DNA of 25,804 nt from a virus (IMGVR_UViG_648276650_000007:1-25804), one strand, 5' to 3'. Numbered from the stretch's first letter, positions 1-8,150 are shown. The notes: generated by a model not told the origin, from the sequence alone. Translations and numbers: made by a program.

Positions 1-342
1 GACGAAGTAATTTTCAGGGAATATTTCTATGACACACCACCAGAAGGAAAATACAGATGTGTTGGAGAAGATGGACTGCCTGCATGGGCAGATATTCCTC
101 CACCAACACGTGAAGAACAAATTGCATCAGCCGAAACTAAAAAGCAGCAATTGATTAATCAGGCCAACGATTATATGAACAGTAGACAATGGGTTGGTAA
201 AGCGGCTATTGGTCGTCTGAAAGGTGAGGAACTGGCGCAATATAATTTGTGGCTGGATTATCTGGACGCACTGGAGCTGGTCGATACTTCCGGTGCACCA
301 GATATTGAATGGCCTACGCCTCCGGCAGTTCAGGCCAGATGA
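1..342 (+). CDS. tail fibre assembly protein, alternative copy (partial; 5' end upstream of window)
   Basis: Frame 1 is open from base 1 to the stop at 340-342. Translation ends ...ELAQYNLWLDYLDALELVDTSGAPDIEWPTPP, the same C-terminal signature as the convergent gene at 314..916 (...LNAVLDYIDAVTATDTSTAPDVIWPELP). The ORF track lists only 151..342 because it needs a start codon. Confidence 0.6.
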   Translation, partial: DEVIFREYFYDTPPEGKYRCVGEDGLPAWADIPPPTREEQIASAETKKQQLINQANDYMNSRQWVGKAAIGRLKGEELAQYNLWLDYLDALELVDTSGAPDIEWPTPPAVQAR

Positions 343-916
343 CATCCGGCGCGGTGCTGGTATCTGTTGCCGTCACCGCGTCAATGTAATCCAGCACGGC
401 GTTAAGGCGGGTTGTTTCTGCCTGCGTCAGCTTCCGTCCGGCCTGTAATTTCAGTTGAATCAGACTGATGGAGGCCATTGCAGTATCAATCAGCGACTGG
501 CGCTGTGCTTCTGCTGCATCTACTGCTGCGCCGTGCTGTGCCTCAGTATCGGTCACCCATTTCTCACCATCCCATTTATCGTATGGCGTTAACGGGGCGA
601 TAGTGGTTGTATTTTCAGGGTAATCACCCGGAGTTGTGATTTCTTTGGCTTCTCCCGTTTCGGTGTTATAGACGATTTCACCGCGATGGTCTGGCACATA
701 TTCCCATGAGTTAAAATCTGCAGAACGGCAGATAGCATAACCAGCCTTATATGTGCCTGGTGAATCTAAACAGGAATATGCCGGGATACCAACACCAACG
801 GCAAGATATTCATTTGAAGTGGAAATATATTCCCGTATTTCACCATCATAGTTATAGACGGTAATATTCCCTGCCTTCGTGGCAATAATCTCGCTATTTA
901 ATACAGCGTTATCCAT
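314..916 (-). CDS. G: tail fibre assembly protein (P2 G-like chaperone)
   Basis: 200 aa ORF directly downstream of the tail-fibre gene, start overlapping its stop at 916. C-terminal tail-fibre-assembly signature (LDYIDAV...APDVIWPELP). Position matches P2 gene order H-G. Confidence 0.8.
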   Translation of the reverse strand: MDNAVLNSEIIATKAGNITVYNYDGEIREYISTSNEYLAVGVGIPAYSCLDSPGTYKAGYAICRSADFNSWEYVPDHRGEIVYNTETGEAKEITTPGDYPENTTTIAPLTPYDKWDGEKWVTDTEAQHGAAVDAAEAQRQSLIDTAMASISLIQLKLQAGRKLTQAETTRLNAVLDYIDAVTATDTSTAPDVIWPELPEA

Positions 917-2445
917 TATGCAGCCCTCACAATATAATTAAAGGCAATGTTACGTGGGCGGTTCTCATTTGCGGTTGGGACAACGGCTGAAGCATTAAAA
1001 TTCGCATACAGGGAGCGTTGATACCCGGATGCTGATGCACCACTTAATGCGGGAGCTTTTGACTCCGAAGCCGAAAAGGCCCCTGACACGTATCCTAATA
1101 ACCCTTGTGAATCGCCAATTGAACTGTAGCCAACCACCCCGGTAATGTTTCGGATAGCATCTCCTTGTGCTGAAAGCAGAGTTCGCCCACTATCCACTCC
1201 CTTTCCACCATCCCAGCCACGAATAAACTCACCGCGTAAATCAGGCAATTTTAACGTCGGGTAAGCCTTTGCCAGATTAGGGTAATCTTCAGCAGAAAAA
1301 GCCGCACCGTTGCATTTCAGCCAGCCTGTTGGCGGTGTGGCTGAAGGCCATGGAACAGGCACACCAACAGGCAGCGCAGAGCCTTCCCCTAAACCAAGGT
1401 ATGCGAGAAGACTAGCAACATCCTTTCCACTCAAATGAGTCAGCGTATTGTCCAGCGGTTGTTTACCTGCCAGTGCATTAAGCATTGTCGTGGCAAAGTT
1501 CGGGTCATTCCCCAGCGCCGCCGCCAGTTCGTTCAGTGTATCCAGTGCCGCAGGTGCAGAACCCACCATTGCCGCAATCGCCGATTTCACAAATGCCGTG
1601 GTGGCAATCTGTGTATTGTTGACCGACTGTGCCGCAGTCGGTGCGGTTGGCGTTCCGGTGAGTGCCGGACTCGACAGCGGCGCTTTCAGTGCCAGCGCAT
1701 TGTTAATGGTGGTACTGAATTTCGGATCATTGTTAATGGCTACGGCTATTTCTTTCAGCGTGTCCAGCGTGGCTGGCGCATCATTAATAAGAGCCGTCAG
1801 TGCCGCCTGAACAAATGCGGTGGTCGCAACCTGCGTGGTGTTATTCCCCGTCGCTGGCGTTGGCGCTTTGGGTGTCCCGGTAAACGTAGGACTTTCTTTG
1901 GCTGCATACTGTGAATGCGGGTCCGGTGCGGCAAGATGTTTTGCCATCTGATCATCCGCGTACACCTTCAGCTCCAGTGCCTTGTCATCCACATACTTGC
2001 GGGTTGCCAGCACTACAGCAGGGTCGATTTTCAGGGTGATATTGTCCGTGCTGCTGGTAATCAGCACCATGCGCACGGTCTGGGTACGCCCGCTGCCTTC
2101 AGCCAGTTGCGGCTTATAGCTTTCCGGGCAGTTGCCCACGGCAATCAATGCCCCTGACTCATCAAACAGGCCCACTTCACGTATCCACCAACCGCCCTCG
2201 TTTTCAGGGATCACCTGTTCAGCAATAATCTGGCTGCTGTTCTGTGGGTCGATATAGAGCATATTCAGCGCAGCCCGACGTTTCTCATTTACCAGTGCAC
2301 TCTGCTTTGCGTCCGGCGTCGGCAATGTTCCGCCACCATCGCCCACCGCCATATGGGTAATTTTTAGCGGCACACCGAGCGCGGCGGCGCTGACAAGTTT
2401 CGCCGCGCCAATATCCGTCAGCAGGGTATAAAATTTTGTGCTCAT
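916..2445 (-). CDS. H: tail fibre protein (P2 H-like N-terminus, tail-collar-type C-terminal region)
   Basis: 509 aa. N-terminus MSTKFYTLLTDIGAAKL...MAVGDGGG resembles P2 gpH as I recall it. C-terminal part carries a tail-collar-like motif (PWPSATPPTGWLKCNGAAFSAEDYPNLAKAYP). Follows baseplate gene I with no gap. Confidence 0.9.
   Translation of the reverse strand: MSTKFYTLLTDIGAAKLVSAAALGVPLKITHMAVGDGGGTLPTPDAKQSALVNEKRRAALNMLYIDPQNSSQIIAEQVIPENEGGWWIREVGLFDESGALIAVGNCPESYKPQLAEGSGRTQTVRMVLITSSTDNITLKIDPAVVLATRKYVDDKALELKVYADDQMAKHLAAPDPHSQYAAKESPTFTGTPKAPTPATGNNTTQVATTAFVQAALTALINDAPATLDTLKEIAVAINNDPKFSTTINNALALKAPLSSPALTGTPTAPTAAQSVNNTQIATTAFVKSAIAAMVGSAPAALDTLNELAAALGNDPNFATTMLNALAGKQPLDNTLTHLSGKDVASLLAYLGLGEGSALPVGVPVPWPSATPPTGWLKCNGAAFSAEDYPNLAKAYPTLKLPDLRGEFIRGWDGGKGVDSGRTLLSAQGDAIRNITGVVGYSSIGDSQGLLGYVSGAFSASESKAPALSGASASGYQRSLYANFNASAVVPTANENRPRNIAFNYIVRAA
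1384..1409. other. candidate hix/gix-like DNA-invertase crossover site inside the tail-fibre gene
   Basis: Sequence TTCCCCTAAACCAAGGTATGCGAGAA matches the remembered gix/hix consensus (TTCCTGTAAACC-GA-GGTTTTGGATAA) at about 18 of 24 half-site positions, with the AACC-AA-GG core. It falls at H codons ~346-354 (LLAYLGLGE), at the junction of the P2-like and divergent parts of H. Confidence 0.4.
1456..1887 (-). repeat. internal tandem duplication (~70 codons x2) inside the tail-fibre gene
   Basis: Protein segments PTFTGTPKAPTPATGNNTTQVATTAFVQAALTALINDAPATLDTLKEIAVAINNDPKFSTTINNALALKAP and PALTGTPTAPTAAQSVNNTQIATTAFVKSAIAAMVGSAPAALDTLNELAAALGNDPNFATTMLNALAGKQP are clearly homologous. The antisense ORF 1448..1810 shows the same periodicity. 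Confidence 0.6.
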
Positions 2446-3047
2446 GGATTCACTCTCATTGTGTCAATAACATGGACCGCCCCGCCTTCATGCGCGGTGC
2501 CGCCAGAAATAATTGTTTCGTTGATATACGGATAGATCGTGATTTCTTCGCCAAGATAGCTGGCGGCTCCCACCCAATGCGGGCCGCTGGTCTGCAGATT
2601 GATGGACATGCCGATCATGTGGCGGCTACATGGTTTGGCATCGCTTATCAGTCGCTCAAGTTCCAGATAGGTATCTTCAGTGATGCCCTGGTCCTGCACG
2701 CCGATATCCAGGCGAAACGTGCCCGGAGCCTCTCCGGTTTGCCACCACTCAATAATGCGGATCAGGAATCCGAACGGTTCCACCACCCGCCGCACGGCAC
2801 TGGTGGTTCCTTTATGCTGATGAATATAAAAAGCATCCTTCACTACCTGGCGTTTGACGCTTTCTGTCCAGCCCTCGTCCCAGCGATCCACAGAGAACGC
2901 CCAGGCGAGATAAGGCAGGAAGCTGACCGGACAGGTAGCCGGATTCCACAAGTCACGCAGCGGCACCTGCAGATCAGAAATCCCGCTACAGGTTTGCGCC
3001 AGTCGGCGCTCCAGTGAAGTTGAACCCCGTGGCAGCAGACTATTCAT
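2442..3047 (-). CDS. I: baseplate assembly protein I
   Basis: 201 aa; LPYLAWAFSVDRWDEGW...VVEPFG resembles P2 gpI; synteny J-I-H. Confidence 0.85.
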   Translation of the reverse strand: MNSLLPRGSTSLERRLAQTCSGISDLQVPLRDLWNPATCPVSFLPYLAWAFSVDRWDEGWTESVKRQVVKDAFYIHQHKGTTSAVRRVVEPFGFLIRIIEWWQTGEAPGTFRLDIGVQDQGITEDTYLELERLISDAKPCSRHMIGMSINLQTSGPHWVGAASYLGEEITIYPYINETIISGGTAHEGGAVHVIDTMRVNP

Positions 3048-3948
3048 CCGTTCCTCCGTTGGTTACGCTCCACTGCGTACATGATGCCGCCTGTGTTTTG
3101 TTCAGGACCACATCCGCCAGAGGAGAAGCCAGCTCCACACGCTGCACACCCTCAACATGCAGGGCGGCAAAGATGGCGCTACGGCGAATATCCCGACCAA
3201 GACGCGTCTGACTGGCGATGTACTTCTGCAGGCTGGCTTTTGCCGCTGCCATTACCGGCTCTGCTTCCGGTCCCGGATAGAGAAAAATGGTGGCTTCCAC
3301 GCGATACGGGATGATTTCTGCGCTGCGAACCGTCAGACGGTCAGCCACCGGGCGGACGTTCTCACTGTTCAGAGCTTTTTCCACCACGTCCAGCAGGTCT
3401 TTTTCTGCAGTTCCATCGCCTTCGCGGCTAAGGACAGTCAGCACCACCTCTGCAGGTGCCGGGCTGGTTGCACTGGCATCCGCCACCCTACCGTCGGCGC
3501 TTCGGGCATGAAATTCATAAGCTGCAGTTGGCCCCGCAACAGAAAGCCCTTCAAAGGCTGCAGGCACACGCAGGCGTAACGCTTCATCGCTTTCCATCAC
3601 AGCTGCAACGGGCGGCACAGCATCATTATCAGCAGGCGTCACCGTCAGGCGTGTCACGTTGTAGTTGGCAGCGAGCTGGTCAAGATCGCCGCCCATCGCG
3701 TAAGCCACCATCACCGCCTGTGCGGCTTCGTTAATGCGCTGGCGCAGAAGCAACTCACGGTAAGCGTTCTCCTGCAACAATTTAGTGACGGGTTCAGATT
3801 CCAGTTCCAGCGTGCGGATCACGGCTTCCTGCTCATCTTTCGGATGAAGCGCCACAAATTCTGCCTTGCGTTCGGCAAGCAGCGTCTCAAAGTCCGGCAC
3901 ATCCACAATCTGCGGTGCAGGCAACTGCGAAAGGTCAATCATTGCCAT
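3040..3948 (-). CDS. J: baseplate protein J
   Basis: ORF 3040..3987. Start placed at Met14 (MAMIDLSQLPAPQIV), which aligns with the P2 gpJ N-terminus; ~302 aa. ...GRDIRRSAIFAALHVEGVQRVELASPLADVVL is P2 J-like. Confidence 0.85.
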   Translation of the reverse strand: MAMIDLSQLPAPQIVDVPDFETLLAERKAEFVALHPKDEQEAVIRTLELESEPVTKLLQENAYRELLLRQRINEAAQAVMVAYAMGGDLDQLAANYNVTRLTVTPADNDAVPPVAAVMESDEALRLRVPAAFEGLSVAGPTAAYEFHARSADGRVADASATSPAPAEVVLTVLSREGDGTAEKDLLDVVEKALNSENVRPVADRLTVRSAEIIPYRVEATIFLYPGPEAEPVMAAAKASLQKYIASQTRLGRDIRRSAIFAALHVEGVQRVELASPLADVVLNKTQAASCTQWSVTNGGTDE

Positions 3949-4294
3949 TCTCTGCTCCTGTTGATACGGAAAGGGACACAGGCACACCGTTATTCCGCCG
4001 CCCGGTCAGCTCCACCACCATAGAACCGTCAAAGTTGCTGTTGATGGTGATGGAATCCAGCGTCAGCCGTGGCTCCCAGCGACTCAGCGCCACATACACT
4101 GCCGACATGACCTGCAGGCGTAATGCCGGATTTTGTGGCTGGTCTATCAGTGCCGACAGCAGGGAACCATATTCCCGACGGGCAATGCGGCTACCCTGCG
4201 GCGTCAGCAAAATGTCCCGCACCGACTGGCGCAGATGGTCAATATCAGTAATGGCTTTACCGCTGGTATTGTTCATCCCGCTATAAAGCGTCAT
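3935..4294 (-). CDS. W: baseplate wedge protein W (gp25-like)
   Basis: 119 aa; ...DIDHLRQSVRDILLTPQGSRIARREYGSLLSALIDQPQN resembles P2 gpW; follows V with adjacent stop/start. Confidence 0.85.
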   Translation of the reverse strand: MTLYSGMNNTSGKAITDIDHLRQSVRDILLTPQGSRIARREYGSLLSALIDQPQNPALRLQVMSAVYVALSRWEPRLTLDSITINSNFDGSMVVELTGRRNNGVPVSLSVSTGAENGND

Positions 4295-4869
4295 ACCGGG
4301 CCTCCGGTTGTGTCGCCGCCTTTCAGGACGCCAGTATGCTGATGTGCATCAACCACAATCCCGTTAGAACTCATCACTCCGCCGCCCTGGGTAACGCCAC
4401 CATTGATCACCACTTCGCTGTTAATGCGCGTGTGGTCAGCCTCCAGTACAAACTCACTGGTTTTCATGGTGATGTTGTCAGCGGCCTCAATGACCATTGA
4501 TTTGATGCCCCTTACATACCAACGCCCGGTGGCAGGTTCGTATTCAAACCAGCCACCGTCAGGATGTTCTGTCACGCAGGCGTCTGCCGACGTCGACGGT
4601 GGCGCGAACTGATTCGAATAGATGGCGGGCAGCGCAAAGGCTGTTTCCAGATTGCCGCCCAGACTCAGTAGCACCACCTGCTCACCTTCCGATGGTCGCC
4701 ACCATGTCCGGGCATTACCCGCGCGCAGCGTCAGCCAGTTAATCCAGTTGGTTTCAAGGTCGCCCGTTTTCACCCGGCAAAGCCAGTTTTCCCTGTCCAC
4801 TTCGGTGACTACCCCTGTGCGGATCAGGTTGGTGATAAGGCGCATGATTTCGGTTAATTGTGCGTTCAT
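4291..4869 (-). CDS. V: baseplate spike/assembly protein V
   Basis: 192 aa; WINWLTLRAGNARTWWRPSEGEQVVLLSLGGNLETAFALPAIYS resembles P2 gpV; first gene of the V-W-J-I-H-G block. Confidence 0.85.
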   Translation of the reverse strand: MNAQLTEIMRLITNLIRTGVVTEVDRENWLCRVKTGDLETNWINWLTLRAGNARTWWRPSEGEQVVLLSLGGNLETAFALPAIYSNQFAPPSTSADACVTEHPDGGWFEYEPATGRWYVRGIKSMVIEAADNITMKTSEFVLEADHTRINSEVVINGGVTQGGGVMSSNGIVVDAHQHTGVLKGGDTTGGPV

Positions 4870-4914
4870 AGGGAAAGGTTGCCATCAGGGGAAGAAAGGC
4901 GGCAGTGCTGCAAC

Positions 4915-4934
4915 TTGTATCAGTGCTGATACAA
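4915..4934 (-). promoter_or_regulatory. candidate Ogr/Delta-type late promoter activator site (TGT-N12-ACA dyad) upstream of V
   Basis: Perfect dyad TTGTATCAG-TG-CTGATACAA containing TGT-N12-ACA, in the S-V intergenic gap and centred ~55 nt upstream of the V start codon. P2 late promoters carry this element upstream of the -35 region. Confidence 0.5.
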
Positions 4935-4937
4935 AGA

Positions 4938-5384
4938 TCACCCCGCCAGCCATTGCAGAATCATGTCGCGGGTCATTGCCTCAACATCATCATTTACACC
5001 CAGAAGGCGACGCTCTGCGTAACGCACCTCCGGTCCCTTACGACTGACGCGATCTCGCAGGCCGTAATGGTGAATGCGGGCAATGCGCTGCACCTTGCCT
5101 TCAAACTGCACGCTGGCAGAGTCGGTGCTGGCGGCAGTTTTCAGGTATTTTGTGGTGCGCAGCTTTGCAAACATCTGACGTTTGATACGGCCTTTTTTAC
5201 TGCGTGCTGTTACCCGTCGCGGTTCATAGCCGCTGCCGTCAGGGTTGCGCTGCATCCTGATATTCTGCTGCTGTGTCCGGCGAAGTTCCTGCGCCAGCTG
5301 GCGCATCATGCGGCTTCTCGAGGCTGGTTCCAGATTCGCCAGCAAGGCACTCAGCCAGTCGTCCACCTTCTGCAGTTCAGCCAC
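4938..5384 (-). CDS. S: tail completion protein S (virion morphogenesis)
   Basis: 148 aa; synteny between R and the V promoter gap; overlaps R by 8 nt. Confidence 0.8.
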   Translation of the reverse strand: MAELQKVDDWLSALLANLEPASRSRMMRQLAQELRRTQQQNIRMQRNPDGSGYEPRRVTARSKKGRIKRQMFAKLRTTKYLKTAASTDSASVQFEGKVQRIARIHHYGLRDRVSRKGPEVRYAERRLLGVNDDVEAMTRDMILQWLAG

Positions 5385-5829
5385 GTTTCACCGTCCACAT
5401 TTCTTCTGGTGCATCAGGTTCCGCTATAGCTTCAACGCTCGACACACTGCCGTCAGTGCTGACCAGCACACGTTCCGTCAGTTGCAGGTTCAGGCTGATA
5501 TCACAGACATCGTTGCGCAGAATATCCACCTCAAAGGTGAATAGCTTTTCCCGTAACGCCGGGTTATTGATGGCATCGGGCTGGTTATCCCTCAGCCACA
5601 GCAAAACCGGGGCCATCAGCAGATTCTGGTCGCCGCTGAAATCCTCAATCACCGCGTTCAGTGTGTAACGGTACTCCCACGACATGGAGCTGGCCCCCGT
5701 GGCAACCAGCGAACCGTTATCCACAAACAGATGCAGTTTGTCCGGGTTATTGCGGACATAAGGCACCGCTTTATTGAGGGCGTGGCGCAGGGATTGTGGT
5801 TTGTTCACTGTTTCGCTCCTGACACGCAA
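5377..5829 (-). CDS. R: tail completion protein R
   Basis: 150 aa; ...SLRHALNKAVPYVRNNPDKLHLFVDNGS...YRYTLNAVIEDFSGD resembles P2 gpR. Confidence 0.8.
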   Translation of the reverse strand: MRVRSETVNKPQSLRHALNKAVPYVRNNPDKLHLFVDNGSLVATGASSMSWEYRYTLNAVIEDFSGDQNLLMAPVLLWLRDNQPDAINNPALREKLFTFEVDILRNDVCDISLNLQLTERVLVSTDGSVSSVEAIAEPDAPEEMWTVKRG

Positions 5830-6061
5830 TAATCATGTCCACTTTGTCTGCACAGACCGCCCAGGCGGCCTCCGTTTCATCCAGCAACGCGTTCAGATCA
5901 CCGTTAGTGCGCGGCGTTGCCTGATCCAGCCGACACGGCGTCACTCGCGGACAACCACTGACGGTAAGCCATACCTCCGGTGAGTGCCGGACGTTTCCGC
6001 AGCCGGATAATGTCAGCAGGCAAAGGAGTATCAGCCCAGCGGCGTAAATCCTCGTTCTCAC
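5771..6061 (-). CDS. lysC: outer-membrane spanin lipoprotein (LysC / Rz1-like), embedded out of frame in lysB
   Basis: 96 aa; signal peptide with lipobox LTLSGC, Pro-rich C-terminus; starts inside the lysB reading frame and extends past it. Confidence 0.7.
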   Translation of the reverse strand: MRTRIYAAGLILLCLLTLSGCGNVRHSPEVWLTVSGCPRVTPCRLDQATPRTNGDLNALLDETEAAWAVCADKVDMIIACQERNSEQTTIPAPRPQ

Positions 6062-6332
6062 GTTTCAGTTCCTCGATCCGGTGTTGTCGTTGTCTCAGCA
6101 GCGTGCTGGTCTGTTCTGCTTCGGCATAGAGCCGCGCCTGCTCCCGGTTATTGGTTTCAGTCAGAATGGACAGGCTGATAAGCTGGCTATTGCTCTTTGC
6201 CAGTGCCTGGCTTTTGCTCTGCAGCTCGTCTGCCTGCGTGCTGATGGTCTGGCTGGCATCAGCCAGCCGCCACGTCTGCCAGCCCAGCGCCGCCAGTAAT
6301 AACGTCAGCACAACCAGCAGCAACCGGTTCAT
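5904..6332 (-). CDS. lysB: inner-membrane spanin (LysB / Rz-like)
   Basis: 142 aa; N-terminal TM (LLLVVLTLLLAALGW) then charged coiled-coil-like region; ATGA overlap with the lysA stop. Confidence 0.75.
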   Translation of the reverse strand: MNRLLLVVLTLLLAALGWQTWRLADASQTISTQADELQSKSQALAKSNSQLISLSILTETNNREQARLYAEAEQTSTLLRQRQHRIEELKRENEDLRRWADTPLPADIIRLRKRPALTGGMAYRQWLSASDAVSAGSGNAAH

Positions 6333-6706
6333 GCTGCTACCTGTTGCGCCATCTGATTACGGGTGATCCAGAAGGCAATAACGGTCAGTAGATAAAAGAC
6401 CAGGGTAATAGCCCACCCCGTCCAGGCGAGACTTACAACAATCAGCAATCGCATCACCCAACTGGTAAATACGTTTTCTTTTCGGGTAATTGTCTTCAGC
6501 AAAGATGCCCTTAACTCCTGCCAGAGCGGGCCATTCTTAATTAACGCAGCCAGTGCTACCGGAATTACCGCCCATGTCAGCAAACAGGCTACCCAAACGC
6601 CGGACGCTGCCAGTACCGGAAAAATCCTCTGCGGATACACCATTGCTGCGATTAACAGCGCCATCCATAACATCAGAAACAGTCCGCTGATTAATTTCTT
6701 TTTCAT
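6329..6706 (-). CDS. LysA-like lysis-associated membrane protein
   Basis: ORF 6329..6778. Start placed at Met25 (MKKKLISGLFLMLWMALLIAAMV) because it abuts the endolysin stop at 6708; several hydrophobic segments. Confidence 0.6.
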   Translation of the reverse strand: MKKKLISGLFLMLWMALLIAAMVYPQRIFPVLAASGVWVACLLTWAVIPVALAALIKNGPLWQELRASLLKTITRKENVFTSWVMRLLIVVSLAWTGWAITLVFYLLTVIAFWITRNQMAQQVAA

Positions 6707-6707
6707 T

Positions 6708-7220
6708 TCAGTTTGCTCCCTGTAAACACCAGGCCATCTCCCGCGCACGGCGGTTATCCAGCCCCTGATTAAAAACACCTTTCACATAAACCCAGCGCGG
6801 CAACTGTCGGCATGCATCCGCCCAGCGCCGCTGATTGAGCAATTTCACCAGCGTGGAACTACAGGCATTGCCCGTCCCCACGTTGAAGGCAAACGACACC
6901 GTAGCGTCATACACCTTCTGCGGCGGCTGTTGCTTCACACACCTTTCCAGCGCCCGCTCCACTCGTAGCACGTTGGAGATCAGCCCTTCAGCTGCCTGTC
7001 GTTCCGTAATAATTTTGCCGGGAATGACGCCCGACGTATTACCAATGCCGTCGGTCCAGACACCCGCGCTGCACTGATACGGCTGCAGACGACAGCCTTC
7101 ATAATCGGCGATCAGTTTCAGTCCCTCCTCGGAGGTGTGAAGCTGCTGAAACCCCGGCAGCGTGGCAGCAATAGCCAGCACGGCCCCGACAAGGCAGCGT
7201 TTAACGATTGATGGATTCAT
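6708..7220 (-). CDS. endolysin, T4-lysozyme-like (GH24), possibly signal-anchored
   Basis: 170 aa; E-x8-D-x-T-like catalytic region (SEEGLKLIADYEGCRLQPYQCSAGVWTDGIGNT); weakly hydrophobic Gly/Ala-rich N-terminus (RCLVGAVLAIAATLPGF); sits between holin and LysA. Confidence 0.85.
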   Translation of the reverse strand: MNPSIVKRCLVGAVLAIAATLPGFQQLHTSEEGLKLIADYEGCRLQPYQCSAGVWTDGIGNTSGVIPGKIITERQAAEGLISNVLRVERALERCVKQQPPQKVYDATVSFAFNVGTGNACSSTLVKLLNQRRWADACRQLPRWVYVKGVFNQGLDNRRAREMAWCLQGAN

Positions 7221-7416
7221 AGTCCTCCCGCGAGATCTGCCCGTCGCGCAGAAGCTGGTAGGCTTTGTGTTTGTAGTACCAGTTGATAGCCAGCATCAGC
7301 ACACCGATCATCAGGCCGCCCAGCGTTGAGGCATCCTTGATGGACAAATCGCCCAGCCAGGCCAGCACGACGGCGATGCAATACGTGATAAAGGCGCTGA
7401 TTCGCTCAAGCGTCAT
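7201..7416 (-). CDS. holin
   Basis: 71 aa with two hydrophobic helices (ISAFITYCIAVVLAWLG, LGGLMIGVLMLAINWYY) and a charged C-terminus; immediately upstream of the endolysin with a 20-nt overlap. Confidence 0.7.
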   Translation of the reverse strand: MTLERISAFITYCIAVVLAWLGDLSIKDASTLGGLMIGVLMLAINWYYKHKAYQLLRDGQISREDYESINR

Positions 7417-7419
7417 AAT

Positions 7420-7623
7420 TCAGTCCCATAGCTGGACGGTCTGCACGGTGGTGGTTGTCGGAATGTCCGGCAGCTCCACCTGCAGCCCGTGAGGTAAAAA
7501 GGGGCCGTATTCGGCAAGCCCCGGATTTGCCTTCAGTACCTGCTCCGTGACACCCTGCGTGCGCCCGTAATGACGCCAGCAAAGTGCGTCCACCGTGTCA
7601 TACTGATGCGCACGCACTTTCAT
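7420..7623 (-). CDS. X: tail protein X
   Basis: 67 aa; MKVRAHQYDTVDALCWRHYGRTQGVTEQVLKANPGLAEYGPFLPHGLQVELPD resembles P2 gpX; same length and position as in P2. Confidence 0.85.
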   Translation of the reverse strand: MKVRAHQYDTVDALCWRHYGRTQGVTEQVLKANPGLAEYGPFLPHGLQVELPDIPTTTTVQTVQLWD

Positions 7624-8150
7624 CAGATAAGCTCCACTGTGCAGTGCGGCGCATCCTGCACCCGGCTGATGGCCCAGCGGGCGTCACGCCATAAATCACC
7701 GCTTGCTTCCGCCAGTTCCTCGCCTCGCTTCGCACCGGATGCCGTGGCGTCATAGTCCTGGTAACGTTCGTTGAGCATGGCGCGTGCCCAGCAATAAACC
7801 GCGTTGAAATAGTGCTGAATGCGCTCGCTTTTGCCGTCCAGTTGTTCCGCCGGGACTTCTGCCAGCGAGGCATACCCCAGCATCTGCTGGCGTCTGCGAA
7901 ACTCATACAGCTCTGCGTTGACCTCCGAAATTGCCGACAGAGCAACCTGTTTTAAACGCGGCTGCGTCACCGTGCCGTCAGTGCGCATCACACTGCGAAA
8001 CTCCGACAGGTCCACATCAGGCCAGAACGGCGTATTCCTGATGATTTCCGCCTGTTCCGGTGCCTGTTCTGGCGCAACAAACTTCATGCTGCTTTCTCCT
8101 GAAATAGAGGGCGGTGGACGGGGTTTTGATGTGGCAGTGCCTTTCGCCAC
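7623..8150 (-). CDS. L: head completion/stabilisation protein L
   Basis: 175 aa; ...IIRNTPFWPDVDLSEF...ELWRDARWAISRVQDAPHCTVELI resembles P2 gpL. Confidence 0.85.
   Translation of the reverse strand: MAKGTATSKPRPPPSISGESSMKFVAPEQAPEQAEIIRNTPFWPDVDLSEFRSVMRTDGTVTQPRLKQVALSAISEVNAELYEFRRRQQMLGYASLAEVPAEQLDGKSERIQHYFNAVYCWARAMLNERYQDYDATASGAKRGEELAEASGDLWRDARWAISRVQDAPHCTVELI

Noticed and set aside
1435-1914. Antisense ORFs inside the tail-fibre gene (1435..1914 +, 1448..1810 +, 1915..2157 +)
   Set aside because: They lie opposite a strongly supported P2 H-like gene and are Arg/Cys- or Ala/Ser-rich, as expected from reading GC-rich coding DNA in the wrong frame.
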